From Candidatus Uhrbacteria bacterium (GTDB lineage: Bacteria > Patescibacteriota > Patescibacteriia > JACQRZ01): 64,000 bases of DNA. The stretch lies in NCBI GenBank assembly GCA_016206155.1, contig JACQSC010000002.1:143473-207472 (forward strand), written 5' to 3'. The translations under genes and the position numbers were made by a program. Positions 54,108-64,000 of the stretch are shown here, in pieces. The stretch's first letter is position 1, and every line of letters begins with the position of its first letter. The notes under the pieces were generated by a model, which had not been told where the DNA came from, did no database searches, and saw nothing but the letters and a program-made list of their open reading frames with translations.

Positions 54108-55628
54108 CTAGCTAAGGATTTTTTTGAGCTCGTCCCTAATAAGCTCCGGCTGGCCCTTGCCTTTTAGCTCTTTCATCACCTGGCCGACGAGGAACATGAT
54201 TGCGTTTTCTTTGCCCGCTTTGTAGTTTGCGACAGCGTCGGGGTTGGCGTCTACAATCTTCTGCGCCGTCTGTCCAATCAGTCCGGAGTCAGAAACCTGC
54301 TCGAGGCCCTGCTCCTTAATCATCTGCGCAGGATCAATGGCAGTCTTTAGCGAGTGCTCAAGTATCTCCTGTGCAGTTGTACTATTGATTTTGTCCTCTG
54401 CAATATACGCAATCAGCTGAGCCATATTTTCTGGCGTGAGCTTAGACTGGTCAATATACTGACCGGTTGATGCGAGAAGGCCCTGCAGCTTATTCACGGT
54501 CCACGCGGAAAGAAGCTTGTATGATTTTTCCTTAAACGCGTCATCGCAGCCAGAGAGGGCACAGAGCCATGCATCAAGTTCCGAACAGGCATTTTCAAAA
54601 AAAGATGCGAGCGCTCGATCATCGACAAGAATGCGCGCGTCATCCAACGATATGCCATATGTGCTAATCAGCCGCTGGCGCTTCTGTTGCGGCAATTCCG
54701 GCAACTCCGCGCGAATTTCATCAATTGCCTCATGCGAAAAGCGTAGGGGCGGAAGATCGGGTTCCGGGAAATAGCGATAATCATGCGCCTCCTCCTTCCA
54801 TCGCTGAACAATGGTTTTTTGATTTTGCTCATCCCAGCCCACGGTAATCTTGTAATTTCGCGTACGCACCTCGCCTCCCGCAGTCCACTCCTCCCTCAAG
54901 CGATTCCTTTCATACTCCAGCGCCCGCTCGACCGCGCGGAATGAGTTGAGGTTCTTTATTTCCGAAATTGCGCTTGATACCTCGGCGCCATCTTCTGTAG
55001 TTTGGATAGAAATATTCGCATCACAGCGAAGATGACCCTTTTCCATGTCAGCAGACGATATATCAAGATAACGCGCAAGAAGGCGCAGTTCTTGCAAAAA
55101 TATTTTCGCCTCAAGCGGTGTTTTAAAGTCCGGTTCAGTGACAATCTCTGCAAGGGGGGTTCCCGCACGATTAAAATCAACAAGGCTTACATCCGAGCCC
55201 GGCGCGTGCAGAAGCTTTGCCGCATCTTCCTCAAGATGAAGACGCCGAATGCGAATACGCGCGGTCGAGCGGGGGACATCACCCGGAATAGCAATGTCAA
55301 CATACCCGTGAATGCCCAAGGGCTGATCATATTGTGAAATTTGATATCCCTTTGGGAGATCTGGATAAAAGTAATTTTTGCGGTCAAACTTGCTTTCCTC
55401 GTTGATGGTACAGTTGAGGGCTAGTGACGCCTTTGCGCCCATGCGTACTGCCGCAGCATTCATAACCGGGAGGGTACCCGGATGGCCCATGCAAACAGGA
55501 CAGACGGTTGTGTTTGGCGATTCATTTTCACCCGCATTGGAGCAGCGACAAAACATTTTGCTTGCCGTCTTCAGCTGAACATGAATTTCAAGTCCAATGG
55601 TATATTCAAATGGCAGATTGGATGCCAT
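54108..55628 (-). CDS. gatB: Asp/Glu-tRNA amidotransferase subunit B
   Basis: IGLEIHVQL, FDRKNYFYPDLPKGYQISQ and DYRYFPEPDL. Confidence 0.97.
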   Translation of the reverse strand: MASNLPFEYTIGLEIHVQLKTASKMFCRCSNAGENESPNTTVCPVCMGHPGTLPVMNAAAVRMGAKASLALNCTINEESKFDRKNYFYPDLPKGYQISQYDQPLGIHGYVDIAIPGDVPRSTARIRIRRLHLEEDAAKLLHAPGSDVSLVDFNRAGTPLAEIVTEPDFKTPLEAKIFLQELRLLARYLDISSADMEKGHLRCDANISIQTTEDGAEVSSAISEIKNLNSFRAVERALEYERNRLREEWTAGGEVRTRNYKITVGWDEQNQKTIVQRWKEEAHDYRYFPEPDLPPLRFSHEAIDEIRAELPELPQQKRQRLISTYGISLDDARILVDDRALASFFENACSELDAWLCALSGCDDAFKEKSYKLLSAWTVNKLQGLLASTGQYIDQSKLTPENMAQLIAYIAEDKINSTTAQEILEHSLKTAIDPAQMIKEQGLEQVSDSGLIGQTAQKIVDANPDAVANYKAGKENAIMFLVGQVMKELKGKGQPELIRDELKKILS

Positions 55629-55641
55629 AAAAAGCATGCGG

Positions 55642-56328
55642 TTAGACAGTAATGCGGATGCCGGGGCCCATGGTCGTAGCAATGGTGATACCCCTTATAT
55701 AGCTTCCTTTCACGGCTGCGGGCCTGCTCTTTCGAAGAGTCTCAATAAACGCAGTATAGTTTTCTAGCAATTTTTCGATATCGAACGAGCGTCTGCCAAT
55801 CACCTGGTGGACAATACCGGAATCATCGTTTTTGAATGTTACTTTTCCGGCTTTGACTGCCGCAATTGCATCCTTTATGTTTTGCGTGACAGTATCATTT
55901 TTCGGGGAGGGCATTAGTCCTTTTGGTCCAAGCACTTTTGCAACACCGGCAAGATTTTTCATAATGTCGGGGGTCGCAATTGCGATATCAAAATCACATC
56001 GACCAGTTGTTTTAATCTCCGCAATCAATTCCGGTCCGCCGACAATATCCGCACCCGCTTCACTGGCCTCGGTTGCCTTCTCTCCTTCGGCAAAAACAGC
56101 GACCCTCTTGGTTTTTCCGGTACCATGAGGAAGTGTCACGCTCGCACGAATAATTTGATCGCCCTTCTTGGGGTCAATACCCGTGCGAACATGAACCTCG
56201 ATCGACGCATCAAAATTTTCATACGAGAGCTTTTGGGCGAGTTCTAATGCCTCGCGAGGCTGGTACGCGGTGTTTTTTAAATCAAGCGATGCAAGCTTTG
56301 ATTGAAATGGTGCTGACTGCTTTCTCAT
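55642..56328 (-). CDS. rplA: 50S ribosomal protein L1
   Basis: FDASIE, LPHGTGK, LGPKGLMPSPK and TMGPG. Confidence 0.97.
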   Translation of the reverse strand: MRKQSAPFQSKLASLDLKNTAYQPREALELAQKLSYENFDASIEVHVRTGIDPKKGDQIIRASVTLPHGTGKTKRVAVFAEGEKATEASEAGADIVGGPELIAEIKTTGRCDFDIAIATPDIMKNLAGVAKVLGPKGLMPSPKNDTVTQNIKDAIAAVKAGKVTFKNDDSGIVHQVIGRRSFDIEKLLENYTAFIETLRKSRPAAVKGSYIRGITIATTMGPGIRITV

Positions 56329-56333
56329 AGTAG

Positions 56334-56365
56334 TGTGGTTTTTGCGAGAAATGCTCTCTCCCACA
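56334..56365 (-). promoter_or_regulatory. Putative L1-binding autoregulatory RNA site
   Basis: Minus strand UGUGGGAG-AGAGCAUUUCUC-GCAAAAACCACA immediately 5' of rplA. Confidence 0.6.
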
Positions 56366-56425
56366 TAATTTATGACTTACGATTTGTGATTTATACGTTA
56401 TTTGATAATCTGAAATTTGCAATCA

Positions 56426-56851
56426 TCAATCTGAAATCTCAACTCCCATTTGGCGGGCCGTGCCCGCAATGGTCCTCATCGCCGCCTCAATGCTGTTTGC
56501 TGAAAGGTCGGCGGCCTTTTTTTCTGCAATTTCTACAAGTTGCGCCTTTGTCAGCTTGCCGATTTTCTCCGTGAGCGCCTTACCCGAACCCTTTGGGATG
56601 CCCGCCGCCTTCTTGATCAGCGCTGAAGCGGGGGGCGTCTTGAGAATAAAGTCATAGGTTCTGTCCTCATAGACAGTAATGACAACCGGTGTAATATCAT
56701 CGCCCAATTTCTGTGTAGCCGCGTTAAACTTTTGACAAAATTCAGCAATGTTGAGTCCATGCTGTCCCAGCGCAGGTCCGACCGGCGGTGCGGGATTTGC
56801 TTTTCCTGCAGGAATCTGGAGTTTTATGAGTGCTTTTACTTTTTTTGCCAT
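56426..56851 (-). CDS. rplK: 50S ribosomal protein L11
   Basis: [15 protein letters not shown]; GTARQMG. Confidence 0.98.
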   Translation of the reverse strand: MAKKVKALIKLQIPAGKANPAPPVGPALGQHGLNIAEFCQKFNAATQKLGDDITPVVITVYEDRTYDFILKTPPASALIKKAAGIPKGSGKALTEKIGKLTKAQLVEIAEKKAADLSANSIEAAMRTIAGTARQMGVEISD

Positions 56852-56858
56852 ACGAATA

Positions 56859-56893
56859 GGTTAGAAGGTTAGAAGGTTAGAAGGTTAGAAGGT
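56859..56893. repeat. GGTTAGAA octamer x4
   Basis: Perfect tandem repeat between nusG and rplK. Confidence 0.95.
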
Positions 56894-56918
56894 GATCCTT
56901 CGACTTGATGACGAACAT

Positions 56919-57464
56919 TTAGATTTTTTTAACCTGGAGAAAGTCAAGTTCAACCGGCGTTTCCCGTCCGAACATTGTCACCGACACCTTAACCTTTCCA
57001 CGATCGCTGTCAACGTCCGTAACCTTTCCTTCAAAGTTCTTAAAGGGTCCGTCGATGATTTGGACTGTGGTCTGGAGAGGGAGGTCGACATCATACTTTG
57101 GCTCCTCAACGCCCATGCGTTTCAGCAGATGCTCAACCTCGTCGTCGGTTACCGGAGATGGTGTTGTGCCGCTGCCGATGAAGCCGGTAACGTGAGGGGT
57201 GTTTCGTACGACATACCATGACTCATCGGTTACAATCATTTGAACAAGCACATAGCCCGGGAAAATTTTTTCCTTTACTGTTCGACGTTTTCCGTTTTTA
57301 ATTTTAATCTTCGTCTCGGTTGGAATGAGGACATTAAAGATTTTCTCTTCCATGTCCATTGATTCAATGCGTTGTTTGAGGTTGCGCACCACCGTCTCCT
57401 CATAGCCGGAATTTGTGTGAATTGCGTACCAACGAACGCCGTGATGTTCTATTTGTTTTGGCAT
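56919..57464 (-). CDS. nusG: Transcription factor NusG
   Basis: WYAIHT.SGYE, FPGYVLV, GPF.NF.G and FGRETPVEL. Confidence 0.98.
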   Translation of the reverse strand: MPKQIEHHGVRWYAIHTNSGYEETVVRNLKQRIESMDMEEKIFNVLIPTETKIKIKNGKRRTVKEKIFPGYVLVQMIVTDESWYVVRNTPHVTGFIGSGTTPSPVTDDEVEHLLKRMGVEEPKYDVDLPLQTTVQIIDGPFKNFEGKVTDVDSDRGKVKVSVTMFGRETPVELDFLQVKKI

Positions 57465-57492
57465 GGCCTACGAATTATCCGGCGGCGCCGGA

Positions 57493-57699
57493 CTAACGAA
57501 TAAGTACCTTTTCAAGAATAAAGGCAAAAATCATGTCAAGAACTCCAAGGAATAATGCAATCAGCACTGAAAAAACAATAACAAGGATTGTGTGCATGAT
57601 CACCTGGCGGCGATTTGGCCAGACTACATTTCGCATCTCGTTGTAGGAGTCTCTCAGGTACTTTGTTGCCGCCTGGGCGCCAGCTTTAACTGCAGACAT
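57493..57699 (-). CDS. secE: Preprotein translocase subunit SecE
   Basis: EMRNVVWP plus one TM; upstream of nusG; TTGACA-16-TATCTT promoter at 57796-57769. Confidence 0.93.
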   Translation of the reverse strand: MSAVKAGAQAATKYLRDSYNEMRNVVWPNRRQVIMHTILVIVFSVLIALFLGVLDMIFAFILEKVLIR

Positions 57700-57893
57700 A
57701 GACGAAAGGGCGATGAATAGATGGAATTCCAGTAATTAAAAAAGACCCCGTGGCCTTTATATAGTAGTAAGATAGCACGCCCTTTATGGTTGTCAAGACA
57801 TCTATGAGACTGGTGAAAAATATCACGTATTAGTTTCTTCCGGCTCATTTCCAGCCAATTTCGCCCCAAAAATGCGCTGAACTCGTCTGAATA

Positions 57894-59918
<2,025 letters not shown>

Positions 59919-60099
59919 TCATTGAATTGCTAAAATAAAACAAGCACCTGTACACAGGCGAACCATTATATCAGTATAGCACAAATTTGTTTATTTGAAC
60001 AGGGGAAAAAGGCAAAAGGAAAGAACTGCGTACCGCATGGGCAAACGAACGTGAATATGTTATTTCATGACAGCGACTAATCTGCTATACTGTTCCTGT

Positions 60100-60945
60100 A
60101 TGAACATAAACGATCAACACGCGCTCAGCGATAAAGAGCTAAAAAAAAGCTATTGGCTTGTAGTCCATGCGGGCGATATTCGCATGTGGTCAACGCGGGT
60201 TGGTGCCGGCGCAGTTATTATAATTGTGCTGATCGCCATAATATCGCTTGCCTCTGCGGTCATTGGCCAGTTTACTCGAGCCGAATATGTCGTTTCCCCA
60301 CTTCTCGCAAACGCGAATAGAGCGCTTCCGATGGTTGTGCTTGATGTGCCACGCATTGTCAGCAGCGGCGCGATTGATAGGGGCAGCGGCATATATGATT
60401 TGTATGCGGTTGTTGAGAATAGCCATGCGAGGTGGCGAGCAGACATTGAAGTAATTTTTACTGTCGGTGGAAGCGACCAGCTTCCGGTGCGAACGTTCGT
60501 CTTTCCTGGCGACAAGAAGTATGTGCTGCTCTATGGCATTGCAAGCGTTCCATCACAACTCACCGAAGCGCGTGTTGAGCACACGGCGTGGAAGCGCCTT
60601 ACGGATGATGAGCGCGCTCGAGCGAATGAACGCAAGAGCATACGCATATCGGGCTTTAATTATGAATCGGGGAGAACAGCAGGCGGAGAGATTCTTACGG
60701 GTTCGCGAGCGCGCTTTGTGCTTGAGAACACAGGCGTCTATGATTTTTTTGATTTTCCTCTTCAGGTTATTCTGATGCACGGATCATCACCAGTTGCCGC
60801 CGGGACGATTCCCGTATTTTCCCTCCGCAGAAATCAAAAACTTCCGCTCGAAGCGCGATGGGACTATATTTTTGCCGCAAACGAGTATGATATTATCCCT
60901 GACATAGATTTGTTTGAGGGTCGATCGATGCGCCCGGCGTTATAA
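60100..60945 (+). CDS. Membrane-anchored hypothetical protein with Ig-like beta domains
   Basis: Single TM followed by beta-rich repeats; start uncertain. Confidence 0.6.
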   Translation: MNINDQHALSDKELKKSYWLVVHAGDIRMWSTRVGAGAVIIIVLIAIISLASAVIGQFTRAEYVVSPLLANANRALPMVVLDVPRIVSSGAIDRGSGIYDLYAVVENSHARWRADIEVIFTVGGSDQLPVRTFVFPGDKKYVLLYGIASVPSQLTEARVEHTAWKRLTDDERARANERKSIRISGFNYESGRTAGGEILTGSRARFVLENTGVYDFFDFPLQVILMHGSSPVAAGTIPVFSLRRNQKLPLEARWDYIFAANEYDIIPDIDLFEGRSMRPAL

Positions 60946-60950
60946 TAGCT

Positions 60951-62030
60951 ATGCTAGCCAAATTAAAATCGTTTGACTGGATGCTCGTTGTCGCGCTTGG
61001 CGGTATTGTTCTGTTCGGCCTTACGGCGCTATATAGTATCGGACTTGGACGGCCGGATGCAGGCTATCTTGAACGACAGGCGACAGCACTGTCCATAGGT
61101 CTCGTGTTGATGGTCATTGTTTCCCTTGTCAACTATCGTACGGTAAAAAATTTCACGATACCCTTGTATATCGCAACGGTCATTGTGTTGGCGGCGGTAC
61201 TTTTTTTTGGCGAAAAGGTTCGCGGAACTCGGGGTTGGTTTTTTGTTGGATCATTCGGCTTCCAGCCCGTTGAGCTTGCTAAACCCGTGTTGATTCTTGC
61301 GCTTGCGCGCTATTTTTCCGTGTGGACGCGCCAGGTTGGACGCATACGGACGTTTTTGGTGAGCGCAGCAATAATCGCGCTCCCCGTTGGTTTGATTTTG
61401 CTGCAGCCCGATTTTGGAAGCGCGGTCATTGTTTTTGCTATTTGGTTTTCCATGGTTATCGCGCGCGGGATTCCTAAACGGCTTCTTCTTTCGCTTGCGG
61501 TACTCTGTGCAGTCGGCATGATGGGGGCATGGCTTTTCCTTTTTCAAGATTATCAAAAGGAGCGAATTCAATCATTTCTATTTCCTCGAAGCGATACATC
61601 CGGCGCGGGATATAATGTTCGACAGGCGCTTATCGCAATTGGCGGGGGGCAGGTACTCGGCGCAGGGATAGGCGCAGGCTCTGGAAGTCAGCTTCGCTTT
61701 TTGCCGGAGGCCCAGACAGACTTTATCTTCGCTGTCATAGCCGAGGAGCTTGGTTTCGTTGGCGTGCTATCACTTCTTCTTTTGTGGACGCTTCTGTTTT
61801 ATCGGCTGGTGAGTATCCTTCGCAAAACAACGGACGACTTTGCCGCCTTTATTGTATTTGGATCTCTTATTATTTTTTTTATGCAATTCGTTATTACCGT
61901 TGGTGGAAACCTCGGCCTCATACCCATCACAGGATTGGTGCTGCCTTTTATCAGTTATGGGGGGAGCGCGCTTGTGGCTTCATTCACATTGGTTGGTCTC
62001 ATCCAAAGCATTCGCATCCATTCCGCATGA
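60951..62030 (+). CDS. rodA: Rod shape-determining protein RodA (SEDS)
   Basis: QPVELAK, QPDFG, YQKERI, LPEAQTDFIF..EELG and PFISYGGS. Confidence 0.9.
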   Translation: MLAKLKSFDWMLVVALGGIVLFGLTALYSIGLGRPDAGYLERQATALSIGLVLMVIVSLVNYRTVKNFTIPLYIATVIVLAAVLFFGEKVRGTRGWFFVGSFGFQPVELAKPVLILALARYFSVWTRQVGRIRTFLVSAAIIALPVGLILLQPDFGSAVIVFAIWFSMVIARGIPKRLLLSLAVLCAVGMMGAWLFLFQDYQKERIQSFLFPRSDTSGAGYNVRQALIAIGGGQVLGAGIGAGSGSQLRFLPEAQTDFIFAVIAEELGFVGVLSLLLLWTLLFYRLVSILRKTTDDFAAFIVFGSLIIFFMQFVITVGGNLGLIPITGLVLPFISYGGSALVASFTLVGLIQSIRIHSA

Positions 62031-62100
62031 ACCCGCTGGCGCAGAGTTGACAAGAACGGAAACGTAAATTAGTATTGCTTCATATCTTATATCATAGTCT

Positions 62101-62766
62101 ATGCAAGAACACAGCTATATACTTCAAGCACAGGTGCGAGACCTCCTTGGAAAGAAGGCGCAATCACTACGTAGCAATGCGCAGATACCCGCTGTCGTAT
62201 ACGGACCCGGTGTCGACAATCAAAACCTGACACTTGATGCGCGTTCATTTGAAAAGGTTTACCGCGCTGCGGGAGAGAGCAGCCTTGTTCAGCTGGTCAT
62301 CGGAGCCGTGGATGCGACCACTGTTCTCATCCATGATGTCGCGCGCGAGCCGCTGACAGGTCGAGTCATTCATGTCGATCTGTATCGCGTTAATATGGCT
62401 GAAAAGCTGACGACACATATTCCGTTACATTTCACCAATGAATCGCGCGCCGTAAAGGAACTGGGAGGTATTCTGATTAAAAATATGTCAGAAATCGAAG
62501 TGCGCTGTCTTCCAAAAAATCTCGTTCCGGAAATCGATGTGAGTCTGGAGCCGCTGACGGAACTCGAATCGAGCATTAAAATTAAAGATGTTGTGTTGCC
62601 GGTTGGCATCGAAGCAAGCAGTCACCACGCTCCGGACGATATTATTGTGATTGTGACCCCGCCAGTCTCTGAGGATGAACTCCGCAAAATGGATGAACAG
62701 GGTGCGGTGAGCGCACCGGCAGAAATAGCAAAATCAGAGGAAAAAGGAAAAAAGACCGAGGAATAA
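62101..62766 (+). CDS. rplY: 50S ribosomal protein L25
   Basis: IPAVVYG, HVDLY and V.CLP..L..EI; TTGACA-17-TAGTAT promoter at 62047-62075. Confidence 0.95.
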   Translation: MQEHSYILQAQVRDLLGKKAQSLRSNAQIPAVVYGPGVDNQNLTLDARSFEKVYRAAGESSLVQLVIGAVDATTVLIHDVAREPLTGRVIHVDLYRVNMAEKLTTHIPLHFTNESRAVKELGGILIKNMSEIEVRCLPKNLVPEIDVSLEPLTELESSIKIKDVVLPVGIEASSHHAPDDIIVIVTPPVSEDELRKMDEQGAVSAPAEIAKSEEKGKKTEE

Positions 62767-62780
62767 CGCGTAGCGCTAAT

Positions 62781-63356
62781 ATGTCAAAGAAGATCGTTGT
62801 TGGAATCGCGGGAAAACTTGCATCGGGAAAGGGAACGGTGACGGGATACATTCTGCGGCAGTACGCCGCCGAAAAGACACGATCCTCCGATTCGCTGCGC
62901 GCAGCGCTTGATATTTTTGATATTCCTCAATCGAGGGAGAACCTTGATTCACTATCGACATTTTTGCGCTCCACCTATGGTGAAGACACCATTGCGCGTG
63001 CGGTTGCCCGCGTGTTGAGACAGTCGGACGCATCCGTCGCCATCTTTGATGGTATGCGCCGGTTGGTTGACATTGAGACTATTCGCACATTTGAACACGC
63101 TCTGTTCATATACGTTGAAGCGGATCAAAAAATCCGCTATGAGCGGTGTCGCCAGCGCAATGAAAATGTTGGTGATGACACAATGTCATTCGAGGTATTC
63201 CAGCAAAAAGACAACGAAGAACCACAACAGCAAATCGAAGCGCTTCGCGAATATGCTGATATTGTGATAGACAACAATGGAACATGGGATGAACTCATGG
63301 CGAAGATCGTTGAGCGTGTCGATGCGGTTATTCAAAAAATGATCGCGCCTCAATAA
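62781..63356 (+). CDS. P-loop nucleoside/nucleotide kinase-like protein (dephospho-CoA kinase-like)
   Basis: GKLASGKGT, DGMR, RYER and ADIVIDNNG. Confidence 0.8.
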   Translation: MSKKIVVGIAGKLASGKGTVTGYILRQYAAEKTRSSDSLRAALDIFDIPQSRENLDSLSTFLRSTYGEDTIARAVARVLRQSDASVAIFDGMRRLVDIETIRTFEHALFIYVEADQKIRYERCRQRNENVGDDTMSFEVFQQKDNEEPQQQIEALREYADIVIDNNGTWDELMAKIVERVDAVIQKMIAPQ

Positions 63357-63381
63357 GCCGCTATGCTGCTGACATTCGCTT

Positions 63382-63948
63382 ATGTCAATTGAAATCATTG
63401 CGCTTGCCGGTCGCATTGCATCGGGCAAATCAAAGGCAGCGGAACTTCTTGCGGCGGAGTTTGATGCGGAGCATATTGAATACTCCTCATTTATCTATCG
63501 CGCAATGGATCTGTTTGACATTGAGCACACCCGACAAAATATCGAAAAAATGTCTTATCTCTTGCGCCACGCGCTCGCACCCGATATCTTGTGCCGCGCA
63601 GTCCTCAAGCGGCTGCGCGAAACACGCAAGCGGTGGGTTGTGTTGAGTACGATTCGCCGCGCGGCGGATCTTGACGGCATCAAGGAACGATATCCGGTCC
63701 ATCTTTGGTATGTTGATGCGGACCAGCATACTCGATACCGGCGCCATGTATCATCAGCCCGAAAGGTGGGGGATGTTGATATGACATTTACGGAGTTTCA
63801 AGAGATTGAAAACAATGAAGTTCAGCGCACCATCCCTTTGCTGAAAGGCAACGCTGAGGTGATTATTGAAAACAACAGCGATTACGAGATGTTTCTCAAT
63901 CTCATTCGATCTCACGCATCAAATCTCATCAAGGCATCTGAATCATGA
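63382..63948 (+). CDS. P-loop kinase-like protein, tandem paralog
   Basis: GRIASGKS; same layout as the upstream gene. Confidence 0.78.
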   Translation: MSIEIIALAGRIASGKSKAAELLAAEFDAEHIEYSSFIYRAMDLFDIEHTRQNIEKMSYLLRHALAPDILCRAVLKRLRETRKRWVVLSTIRRAADLDGIKERYPVHLWYVDADQHTRYRRHVSSARKVGDVDMTFTEFQEIENNEVQRTIPLLKGNAEVIIENNSDYEMFLNLIRSHASNLIKASES

Positions 63949-64000
63949 TCACGCGGTCACGCGCGCAATCATCTTTCATAATGGTCACCTCCCCGGTTGG

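Noticed and set aside
63945-64000. Partial gene at the right edge (RAIIFHNGHL, NUDIX-like, out of frame with the ATG)
   Set aside because: Too short to call.

Overview
This is a bacterial chromosomal segment in the standard code 11. Its gene content and style point to Patescibacteria/CPR (inference from the GNVGIGT fibre, the secretin-less type IV pilus cluster, the orphan baseplate-J-like protein, the Cys-rich Zn-ribbon protein and weak Shine-Dalgarno use). There are two parts. (1) Positions 1-22.5 kb are an AT-richer accessory region. It holds an AbiEii/DUF6922 toxin-antitoxin pair and a ~1570-aa modular fibre adhesin. It also holds three divergent paralogous secreted Cys-rich proteins, each followed by an exported enzyme (transglutaminase-like+TPR, or zincin), plus brnT/brnA and a DUF4143 AAA ATPase. 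Six related 13-bp quasi-palindromic sites (AAAC-GGTGAC-W-GTCACC-GTTTT type, several with stuttered half-sites) punctuate this region at module boundaries. Next to them are a decayed Y1/RAYT-type HUH transposase 5' remnant and partial duplicates of two modules. Together these suggest an integron-like cassette array run by a HUH transposase, abutting the pilus operon. This is the best candidate for an undescribed system. (2) Positions 22.5-64 kb are core genes: a type IV pilus/T2SS-like cluster, mreD-mrdA, greA, lysS, serS, two GT4s, dnaE, thrS, miaB/miaA, gatB, rplA-rplK-nusG-secE, gyrB, rodA and rplY. Short heptamer/octamer tandem arrays sit at many gene junctions, and some encode prepilin leaders. 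The cytidylyltransferase after lysS has no start codon and lies in the -1 frame behind an A-AAA-G motif. No CRISPR array, rRNA, tRNA, reverse transcriptase or intact recombinase was seen. Family assignments come from motif recognition only; no searches were run.
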